Source: an uncultured archaeon (GTDB lineage: Archaea > Asgardarchaeota > Lokiarchaeia > Sigyniarchaeales > SOKP01). From it: 41,773 nucleotides of DNA. Below the pieces are notes generated by a model. It did not search any database and was not told the origin of the DNA. It saw only the letters and a program-made list of their open reading frames with translations. The position numbers were made by a program, and so were the translations under genes. Each line of letters opens with the position of its first letter. The first letter of the stretch is position 1. The DNA lies in NCBI GenBank assembly GCA_964508365.1, contig CAZDTP010000035.1, positions 1-41,773 on the forward strand. The letters run 5' to 3'. This document shows, piece after piece, positions 28,334 through 36,658 of the stretch.

Positions 28334-29440
28334 ATGATCATTATGGAGAGACTAAAAAGTATTGATATTTTTCGCGGATTATGTATGAGTTGGATGTTTC
28401 TTGGCCATTTAATAGAATGGTGGATTAGACCGGAATATCTTTGGGTAAGGACATTTACTTTTTATATCTTTGATCCTATTGGAGCCGCTGGATTTTTATT
28501 CATTTCGGGTGTTAGTATAACTCTATCGTACCGCAACCGATTATACAGGGTTGAGGAAATAAAAGATCTAAATTATTCAAAAGTTAAGATGTCTTACTTT
28601 TTACGAGCTTTTTTTTTATTAATATTAGCGATAATCTATAATACTGCGATAGCTATTACTATAAATCAATTATCATGGATTTGGACATGGTTTGTGCTTA
28701 TGACTGCTGCTTTTTCACTGTTTATAACATGGCCATTATTTAATACTTCAAAAATAACAAGAATTATAATTGGCGTTATAACATGGTTTATCAGTCAGTA
28801 TCTTTATATACTGCTCTCTCCATATAAAGAGCAATTAAATCTTCTAGGGATATTTTATCACATTTTTTACAACAATTATAGTCAAGATCCATTATTATTT
28901 TTTTTTTCATTTTTTCTTTTTGGAACTGTTTTTGGCGACATTATATATAATATAAATAACAACAAAAATCCTGAACTTAAGAGAAAACAATTAAAAAAGG
29001 AAATGATAATTCCTACAAGTCTTATTAGTTTAGGTTTAATTTCATTCGGTGTATGGTTTAACTTTCCATCATTTCTAAGCAGGAGTAGTCTTTCTTGGCT
29101 ATTTTACGCAATAGGAATCGATCTAATAGTGTTAATGATCTTAATAATTCTTGAAGAATATAATTTATTTAAAACTAAGAAAAGATATCGCGTATTTTTC
29201 TATTTCTCATACTATTCATTTACTGTCTATTTAGGGCATAATTTCTTATATTTCATATTTTATAAAAAATTAGACCTAGTAACTATTTGGATTGCCGTAA
29301 TATCAACATTTCTAGTAATTAGTTTGTTTCTTAGACAAATGTATAAAATATGGGGTTGGAAAGCGTCGTTAAAAAAAGTATTAGGCAAATTAAGTTCCAA
29401 GTTAGCATATAAAATCGCAGAAAATAAGAGAAGAGAATAA
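28334..29440 (+). CDS. Membrane acyltransferase, HGSNAT/DUF1624 family (paralogue 2)
   Basis: RLKSIDIFRG, FLGHL, GTVFGDI, KRYR.F..SYYSFT shared with upstream paralogue. Confidence 0.75.
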   Translation: MIIMERLKSIDIFRGLCMSWMFLGHLIEWWIRPEYLWVRTFTFYIFDPIGAAGFLFISGVSITLSYRNRLYRVEEIKDLNYSKVKMSYFLRAFFLLILAIIYNTAIAITINQLSWIWTWFVLMTAAFSLFITWPLFNTSKITRIIIGVITWFISQYLYILLSPYKEQLNLLGIFYHIFYNNYSQDPLLFFFSFFLFGTVFGDIIYNINNNKNPELKRKQLKKEMIIPTSLISLGLISFGVWFNFPSFLSRSSLSWLFYAIGIDLIVLMILIILEEYNLFKTKKRYRVFFYFSYYSFTVYLGHNFLYFIFYKKLDLVTIWIAVISTFLVISLFLRQMYKIWGWKASLKKVLGKLSSKLAYKIAENKRRE

Positions 29441-29459
29441 ATGTGAGATTTTATTTTAT

Positions 29460-29969
29460 TCACATGGATGTAAGACTACATCTTAATTCCAACGTATTGC
29501 TTCTAGTTTTTTTTACAGGATATTTAAACGAAATATAGTTCTTAAATAGATAGTTTACGGTTTTTATATACTTACCTTCTTTTCCTACAGCAACGGCTCT
29601 ATCTTTATTACTTAAGAATAAGACATCTATTATATCTCTTTTTGGATTCACATTCGTTCGTATATTGTGAATATAGATATCATCAAAAAAGCTGAAAATT
29701 AATTTAATTAACGTAGTTTCAGCCCTAATAACTAAAATTTTTCTACTTTTGATAATATGTCGTAATTTCTTTAAATGAGATTTAGCTGTGAAGGAGTCTG
29801 CTGATTTTACAAAAAAAAAAACAAACTTATCTATCAGTATAACACTCACTGGAAATATGTTTGTCTTCTCAAAGAAGAGTTTTATAAATTTTAATTCTGT
29901 ATTTGAGAATTTTTTTCTAATATTAATAACTTGACTAAAAAAAAGGTTTTCAGCTAAGGAAGAATACAT
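29460..29969 (-). CDS. Divergent archaeal NusA-like KH-domain protein
   Basis: C-terminal DRAVAVGKEGKYIKTV KH motif; first KH degenerate; outside the usual rpo operon. Confidence 0.6.
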   Translation of the reverse strand: MYSSLAENLFFSQVINIRKKFSNTELKFIKLFFEKTNIFPVSVILIDKFVFFFVKSADSFTAKSHLKKLRHIIKSRKILVIRAETTLIKLIFSFFDDIYIHNIRTNVNPKRDIIDVLFLSNKDRAVAVGKEGKYIKTVNYLFKNYISFKYPVKKTRSNTLELRCSLTSM

Positions 29970-30087
29970 GTTTAATTAAATTCTAACTTTAAGAATTTAA
30001 ATCTCATTATTTTTAAAGAATCAATATTACTAGATTTATTGGCAATCTCATTATTTAGAGATAAAAGTATGAAATATTGAAATTAGA

Positions 30088-30888
30088 GTGATGAGAGAAC
30101 GTTTAGATATCGTATTAGTGGAGAGGAGATTAGTAGAAAGTAGGACAAAAGCGCAGTGGTTAATAAAGAGCGGTTTTGTTCTTGTAAATGATATGATAAT
30201 TCTAAAATCTAGCAAAATGGTTGATATTAACTCAAAAATTAAACTTACTAAAAAATATCCTTATGTTGGAAGGGGTGGTCTAAAATTAGAAGTTGCACTT
30301 AAAAGTTTTTCAGTTGATGTTAAGGGAAAAATTTGCGTTGATATTGGTGCATCAGTTGGAGGATTTACAGATTGCTTGTTGCAACATGGGGCATTAAAAG
30401 TTTATACAATTGATACTGCTACTAATTTACTTCATCCTTCTTTAACATGCAAAGATGATAAGATTGTAGAACTCTTTGGTGTTGATGCAAGGGAATTAAC
30501 ATCTTTATCAGAGAGGGTAGATATTGCCACTGTAGATGTAACCTTCTCTTCCCTTAGGTCAGTTCTTCCAAACATCAAGAGTTATTTAAAGCAAGATGGG
30601 GATATAATAGTCCTAGTTAAACCTCTTTTTGAAACAAATTTTCATCAAGAAAAGAAATTTAAAATAATAAACGATTTGACAATACTTAAAAGAATTTTAA
30701 GAGAATTCATAGAATGGAGCAAATTGAACTCACTATATCCGGTAGGTTTAATCACTTCTCCTTTGTTAGGTAAAGGAGGATCAATTGAATTTTTGGTACA
30801 TCTTAAAATTGATAAAGAATATAATTTTGATTTTGATATTGCTATAGAAAAAGGATTTAGAGATGTACAAGAAATGACATCTAACTAG
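30088..30888 (+). CDS. tlyA: TlyA family rRNA 2'-O-methyltransferase (S4 plus FtsJ domains)
   Basis: ERLDIVLVERRLVESR, YVGRGGLKL, DIGASVGGFTDCLLQHGA, DVTFSSL, LVKPLFE, SP..GKGGSIEFL. Confidence 0.9.
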   Translation: MMRERLDIVLVERRLVESRTKAQWLIKSGFVLVNDMIILKSSKMVDINSKIKLTKKYPYVGRGGLKLEVALKSFSVDVKGKICVDIGASVGGFTDCLLQHGALKVYTIDTATNLLHPSLTCKDDKIVELFGVDARELTSLSERVDIATVDVTFSSLRSVLPNIKSYLKQDGDIIVLVKPLFETNFHQEKKFKIINDLTILKRILREFIEWSKLNSLYPVGLITSPLLGKGGSIEFLVHLKIDKEYNFDFDIAIEKGFRDVQEMTSN

Positions 30889-31999
30889 AAGGATAGTTTT
30901 TAAAAACTTGTCCCCAACTTGTCTCCAGAAACCCATTAATTCTTTTCTTACCTATTGTTGGATACCAAAACATATCGTGATAGATCAAAGAGGCCATAAT
31001 TGGAAAAGCCATGAATAATTTATTTCTCATTAGGGGATTCAGAAAATTTAATTTTCCTTTTCTCACCATTTGATCCCCCCAAATAACAAGGCTTCGTTTT
31101 ACACTGAAATTCCAATTTAGAGATGATACGTCTTCTCCAATAATCTCTATTTGATCGAAATCTCCACAACCTAAACCTTCATCATGTGCAAGCTTTATGG
31201 TAGGATTTTTTAATGGATCAAAACCCAGCATTCTCGACACTACCGTGTCTACAGCTACTTGATCGTATCCTGCAAGAAGATAATTTTTTATCTTGGGTAT
31301 CATTGTTCTTGGTCCAGCCCCATCACCGCACACAGTGCCATCTACGATTGCCATTATGTTTGGATGAATTTGTTTTTGAATAATTAGAAGGTCTACTAAC
31401 ACTTCTGACATAAATTGGTGACTATAATGACGGCGCTTTGTAAGTAAGCCACCAAATGCATTTTTCATGGCGCAAGTGAAAGTCGTATGTCCATGAGTTT
31501 TCATAGTGGGCAAGTGAATAATCGATTTTCCAACATAAAATCCTGGAATAGAAAAGCCTTTAGGAAAAATTTTTTTATCTAGAACATGAAGTTCTTTATT
31601 CTTATATTCGAGAAATTTTGATTTAAGAGATTTATATGGGATAAAAGGGATTCTAGTCAAGGGTACAAACCATACACCATATTTTTTGATGATATTCTCC
31701 CAACGATTTCCTTGAATTCCTCGTTCTATATTAGTTACTACCGTTTCATTTTCAGCAGTAAATATCTTTCTAGGATTAAATCCATCCTCAATCATCGTTT
31801 TTAGCACACCTTCAACCTGCCATGGAGGACTTGAACATGCTGGAAAAAATTTAGACCAACTAAGATTCAATTTTAGTATGTTTTTAGATTTTTTATCGTA
31901 ATGTTTATTATATTCTGCTAAATGCATTAATTTCTTATAATCCTCTAAAACCGTTTTAGAGGATGTTTTCACAACATATATTTGTGATTTTTTGGACAT
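30881..31999 (-). CDS. DUF362 domain protein
   Basis: LKLNL, PTMKTHGHT..TCAMKNAFG, IVDG..CGDGAGP, D.VAVD...RMLGFDP; overlaps convergent tlyA by 8 nt. Confidence 0.8.
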   Translation of the reverse strand: MSKKSQIYVVKTSSKTVLEDYKKLMHLAEYNKHYDKKSKNILKLNLSWSKFFPACSSPPWQVEGVLKTMIEDGFNPRKIFTAENETVVTNIERGIQGNRWENIIKKYGVWFVPLTRIPFIPYKSLKSKFLEYKNKELHVLDKKIFPKGFSIPGFYVGKSIIHLPTMKTHGHTTFTCAMKNAFGGLLTKRRHYSHQFMSEVLVDLLIIQKQIHPNIMAIVDGTVCGDGAGPRTMIPKIKNYLLAGYDQVAVDTVVSRMLGFDPLKNPTIKLAHDEGLGCGDFDQIEIIGEDVSSLNWNFSVKRSLVIWGDQMVRKGKLNFLNPLMRNKLFMAFPIMASLIYHDMFWYPTIGKKRINGFLETSWGQVFKNYPSS

Positions 32000-32146
32000 G
32001 ATTAATTACTAAAATGTGATATAATATATTTTTTTTATGAAATTGTCGTTAACATTTAATAGTTTCTTGAAGAATCTGCGATATAATAAAAATAGATTGG
32101 TTAATGAAAAAATGATAGAGAATTAAAGCTTCAAGTAGAAAAATTA

Positions 32147-32519
32147 CTAATCTGAGACATAATCCGTTCCTTTGTAGGATTTAAGTTTATCGCTTAAAAG
32201 TCTACAAAACATGTAATACTCACCACCAAGTCCTACTCTCATAGAAATATTCAGATAAAATCTCTCATATTCAGCTTTATCAAAACATCTTGGATGGAAT
32301 GTGCACCCATTCGGAGGATTTATTGGACTAGGAACATCACCTACTAATAAAATCCGATTTTTTTTAAGCCAGGATCGAAAGTTGGCCTTGCAGAAAGCAA
32401 AGTTTTAGGATAAGGATGCGTGAAATCATTAAAAAACTCATCGATAGTTACCTCCTCCACAAATTTTCCTAAATACATAAGCGCAACTTATCTGCCATGT
32501 GTTGCATTAACCTCAAATC
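32147..32519 (-). pseudogene. Frameshifted fragment homologous to the oppF/dppF 3' end
   Basis: [74 protein letters not shown]; two 1-nt frameshifts; no Walker A part. Confidence 0.85.
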
Positions 32520-32651
32520 GTTAATAATAAATATAAAAGAAAAATGAAATCTTAGTTTAAGATTTTTAAATAAATTTAAAGTTTGTACTTGTACAGAGAT
32601 ATCCTAAACAGCACCAATAATACTAAATGATGTAAATAATCCCAAATATGG

Positions 32652-33134
32652 CTACCACTTTATAGGAAGAAGGTATTTAGGGAAGATTGCTGCGTAAATT
32701 GCTAGAAAAACTATTGTTAACACTATTAAAAATATAATCAGAAGTATAAAACCTTTAATATCTTCTGGTGAAAACCGAAACTTACTTTTAATTTTGAACT
32801 TAGGGATTGTTCGTTTTTGAATTAGCCATTTTTTATAAGTTTTTGTTAGTTTTCCATTTTTTAATGGATTTTCACCTGATAATTTCTTAAAAGATTCTTG
32901 AAATTCTACTGAATTCATCGAATTATAAGCTTTTCTGATTCCTACTTTTCTAAGGGCAAAATCTATACTTGAAATACTAATGATTAGAACAGGTATTGAT
33001 ATAAACCAATAAAAAACTACTAACAATACAAAACGAACTATATATTGGTAATAATATGTTGCCAAAAGGATTAATATAATTACTATAATAATAAAAGCGT
33101 AGCATTTTAAGTCTTCCTTATCTGGTAAAGGCAT
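32652..33134 (-). CDS. Hypothetical membrane protein (about 3 TM)
   Basis: Likely start MPLPDKED at 33134 rather than track start 33236; hydrophobic N- and C-terminal segments. Confidence 0.55.
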   Translation of the reverse strand: MPLPDKEDLKCYAFIIIVIILILLATYYYQYIVRFVLLVVFYWFISIPVLIISISSIDFALRKVGIRKAYNSMNSVEFQESFKKLSGENPLKNGKLTKTYKKWLIQKRTIPKFKIKSKFRFSPEDIKGFILLIIFLIVLTIVFLAIYAAIFPKYLLPIKW

Positions 33135-33259
33135 AAAATTAACTCTATTTGATATACTAATTTTAAGTGTATAAATATTAATTAATTTTTCATTCAATTT
33201 AAAATTTAAAATTTTTAGTGTTAAGAGTCTTAACATAAATTAAAATACGACTTACCTTC

Positions 33260-33370
33260 GCAGGAGTAGCCAAGCTTAATCTCAGGCATCAGAGTATGAC
33301 TGCTCACTTATAGTTTGAGGGGGGTTATAGTAACATAGATCTTCATGGATTTAAATTTCAATTAAAACGC
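33260..33370 (+). pseudogene. Possible decayed tRNA-Leu-like relic
   Basis: 5' GCAGGAGTAGCCAAGC, D-stem GCC/GGC, T-arm-like TGGA-TTTAAAT-TTCA; acceptor 3' strand and anticodon stem do not pair. Confidence 0.3.
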
Positions 33371-33849
33371 TATTAACATTCTTAGATATTCCCCTTTCTT
33401 GCATTCAATATTCTTTCCTATGAATTTTAAGATATTAAAACCCAAATATAAGAAATCCTTATCCCCGGACAAAAAGAAAAATAGTTTTTTCAGGAGACTT
33501 AAGACGAAAAACTCAACCCTATGTTGGATTGATTGGACTAGGGATGTTATCTTCTATTACCATTATTGTTGTCTTTGAAATGTAATCAATTGTAGGTCGC
33601 ACCGATAATTATGTCCGAGTATAAGGATGTGTAGCATTATTAGTCTAAATCCATGCTGTTATAAAAGGGTGTAGATTTGTGAAATTTAGTAAAAAATATA
33701 GAAACCTATCTCGATCAAATATGGAAAAATGCCCTAAATGTAGAATACCATAATTTAAACTATAAATTATAAAAGATTTGAAAGAAATATCGCGAGTTTG
33801 ACTAATTATACTAAGAATAAACCATAAAAATTATCTGATTTTATTTAAT

Positions 33850-35112
33850 CTATTTCATTCTCAAATCTATGCTTTTAATTGCATTATAGCAAATATCTAC
33901 GCAACCTTTGAGTTTATGGGGTATAAGCTTATTAGGAGTGTCTCTTGAAGAATGAATAAACTGTGTATCTTTATTTGAAAGAAAACAACAAACTTCCATT
34001 GTTTTTTGAGCTTTTTTAGCAAAAGATCGAAAAGATATATGATCACTTCTAGGTTCAATAGTCACATCAAATTTTTTTAAGGGAATTTTTAGACTATTTG
34101 CTGTTGCTTCTAAAACATTAACAATATTTTTGTTATAGTTGTTTTTTTTCAAAATACTAGTTTTATTTATAAGCCCTATATCAGTCCCTACCATATCAAT
34201 ATTAATATTATAAGATTTATCAAGGTTATATTCTTGATTTAAATCATTAAAATGCTTCATGCAAAATTGTTTTGAACCCCATAATCCCCATTCTTCAGCA
34301 CCACACCATAAAAACAAAACATCTATTTGTTCGAGGGGATTTTTATTTAAAAGCATTGCCAACTCAATTAAAATTGAAACTCCGCTAGCGTTATCAATCG
34401 AACCAAGGGATTTACTCGAATCCTTGTTTAAAATTAAAACAATGATTGAAATGATTAATAATCCAAATGACACATATGAAAAGTCAATTATTTTAGCAAT
34501 TATAGAGTAATAAAAATCATTAAAAGATAAATCTGAAAAATTTGTAAGTACACCCCAAACCGAAAGAATTAATGTGGAACCTATAAAGGGAAAAATTATT
34601 GTTCCCTCTACTAAAAAAAAATATTTTTTTAAATTATATGAATAATTTTCTGATTTGGAATCATAATGAGCAGAAAAGATAATTAGAGGGCGTTTTGGAT
34701 TTTTTTCCTTTGCTGGTATTTTAGCAATAAGATTTTTAGATTTTTTCCTTCTTCCTATTAACAATACATTTGTCATATCAAATATATCTTTTAGAACTAC
34801 TATAATTATAACAATTAAAATTAAGTCGATAAATATCACAATCCAACTAAAATTAAAAAAAACTAATGCCTCGAAGAGGCCCGATGAGCCTATTAAAAAA
34901 ATCGATATTAACCTTAATAAAATTGTAATAGTTTTAGACCATTTAAAAATATCAATTTTATTTTTTATGTTTTCCTGAGTTAAAACTTTTTGTATATAAT
35001 TTATTGATTTATTTTCACCTTCAGTTCCTGCTTCACGCTCAAACATTAAAGAATGTATATGATTTATAATCTCTCTTTCAAGAGAAAATTCTAACTCTGC
35101 GATATCGATCAC
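33850..35112 (-). CDS. Membrane-embedded M28 family metallopeptidase
   Basis: SAHYDS, DNASG, GAEEWGLWGS, NIDMVG, SDH, IHSSRDT; GTG start; two TM hairpins. Confidence 0.85.
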   Translation of the reverse strand: MIDIAELEFSLEREIINHIHSLMFEREAGTEGENKSINYIQKVLTQENIKNKIDIFKWSKTITILLRLISIFLIGSSGLFEALVFFNFSWIVIFIDLILIVIIIVVLKDIFDMTNVLLIGRRKKSKNLIAKIPAKEKNPKRPLIIFSAHYDSKSENYSYNLKKYFFLVEGTIIFPFIGSTLILSVWGVLTNFSDLSFNDFYYSIIAKIIDFSYVSFGLLIISIIVLILNKDSSKSLGSIDNASGVSILIELAMLLNKNPLEQIDVLFLWCGAEEWGLWGSKQFCMKHFNDLNQEYNLDKSYNINIDMVGTDIGLINKTSILKKNNYNKNIVNVLEATANSLKIPLKKFDVTIEPRSDHISFRSFAKKAQKTMEVCCFLSNKDTQFIHSSRDTPNKLIPHKLKGCVDICYNAIKSIDLRMK

Positions 35113-35248
35113 ATTGCACTTAAATAAGAAAAAATATAGTTAGTTTTCAATATTTATGAAAACTTATCAAGATTACTATTATATGATATATTTTAAAAAG
35201 GATGTAAATTATTTTTCATATTTCGAAAAAAGACTTTAGATAAAAAAA

Positions 35249-36580
35249 TTATTTGGTCCATGTATCTGAAACATAATCTACTCCTTCATAGGATCTTTTT
35301 TCTTTTTTAGAAGGTAGGCAATATATATAATGATCACCACCGAGATGAATCTTTCTGGGCTCATCTATATCACATCCAATATGTCCTTCTTTTTCAGGGC
35401 ACCTAGGATGAAATGCACATCCTGAAGGGGGATTAATTGGACTGGGTACATCACCTTCTAAAATAATTCTGTTTTTTTTTGAACCAGGATCAAATGTATG
35501 TCGTGCAGATAACAATGCTCTAGAATATGGGTGTGTTGGATTATAAAAAACCTCTTCAAGTGTGCCGGTCTCCACGAATTTACCTAAGTACATTACTGCG
35601 ATTCTATCAGCTATGTGTTGTACCACACTTAAATCATGAGTTATGAAAAGATAAGATAACCCAAATTTTTTCTGAATTTTTTTTAATAAATTTAAGATTT
35701 GAGCTTGAACGGAGACATCCAGAGCAGAAGTTGGTTCATCCAAAATCATAATTTCAGGATTACATGCAAGAGCTCTGGCTATTACAACTCTTTGTTTTTG
35801 ACCTCCAGAAAATTCATGTGGATATCGATCCAAATGTTCTCTCTTCATTGAGACGGTTTCTAGAAGCTCAAGAACACGTCTACGAATCTTTCTTCTTTTT
35901 CTCATTCCTAACAGAATTTTGAGAGGTTCACCTATAACATTAACTATTTTCCAGCGTGGATTCAAAGAAGAATCAGGATCTTGAAACACCATCTGAATCT
36001 TTTTTCGTAATGCATTGTCATATGGATGTTTTATTTCCACCAAATTAAGGTAGTTTTGTTTCAATATCGATACTGTTGCTTTAATAATTTTTCGTAATGG
36101 AGGTAATAATTTGATTAAGTAATTTTTTATTGTTCGAAAGATTTTCTTTAGGCTTAATTTTGCGAAACCGAAAAGTGTATTAGCAACGCTAATTGGTGGA
36201 ATTAACATGATGTCAATTAATTTATTTTGTTTGTGTAATTTTTTTCTTTTTGTTTTCTTTTCAGTGCTTCCTATAATGATTTTTTGATCTTTATAGAAAA
36301 TTTCTCCTGCCGTAGCAGGTACAAGATTTAATATAACTTTTGCGATGGTGGTCTTACCGCAACCACTCTCTCCAACTAAACCAAGAGTTTCTCCTTCATA
36401 AAGGTTAAAAGTGACACCATCTACAGCTTGAACATATCCAATAGTTCGTTTGAAAAGCCCGCCGTATATTGGGTAATAAGTCTTGAGATTTTTTGTAGAA
36501 AGAATAACCCGTCTTTTCTTACCTGAGTTTTGTATATGTTCGGCTGATGAGTTTTTTATCTTATCGTTATAAACAGTCAT
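35249..36580 (-). CDS. oppF: Oligo/dipeptide ABC transporter ATP-binding protein (OppF/DppF) with insertion
   Basis: GESGCGKT, QMVFQDP, FSGGQKQR, ILDEPTSALD, ITHDL, oligo_HPY C-terminus (HPY, CAFHPRC). Confidence 0.92.
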   Translation of the reverse strand: MTVYNDKIKNSSAEHIQNSGKKRRVILSTKNLKTYYPIYGGLFKRTIGYVQAVDGVTFNLYEGETLGLVGESGCGKTTIAKVILNLVPATAGEIFYKDQKIIIGSTEKKTKRKKLHKQNKLIDIMLIPPISVANTLFGFAKLSLKKIFRTIKNYLIKLLPPLRKIIKATVSILKQNYLNLVEIKHPYDNALRKKIQMVFQDPDSSLNPRWKIVNVIGEPLKILLGMRKRRKIRRRVLELLETVSMKREHLDRYPHEFSGGQKQRVVIARALACNPEIMILDEPTSALDVSVQAQILNLLKKIQKKFGLSYLFITHDLSVVQHIADRIAVMYLGKFVETGTLEEVFYNPTHPYSRALLSARHTFDPGSKKNRIILEGDVPSPINPPSGCAFHPRCPEKEGHIGCDIDEPRKIHLGGDHYIYCLPSKKEKRSYEGVDYVSDTWTK

Positions 36581-36658
36581 TTTCTTATTTTCCTTTCAAC
36601 TTATATACTATCAATTTTTAATGTTATATTTTAAAGGGTTCTTTATCTCCGTCTTCAC

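Noticed and set aside
33420-33585. 52-aa plus-strand ORF that, with a one-base shift, reads FFRRLKTK/TQPYVGLIGLGMLSSITIIVV, reminiscent of an OppC N-terminus
   Set aside because: Similarity is too weak and generic to call; needs a translated search
33679-33753. Tiny ORF ending in CPKC
   Set aside because: Only one CxxC and about 24 codons; no support for a real gene
36008-36280. OppF insertion as an intein or intron
   Set aside because: No N-terminal Cys/Ser with C-terminal His-Asn, no homing endonuclease motif and no evident bulge-helix-bulge boundaries
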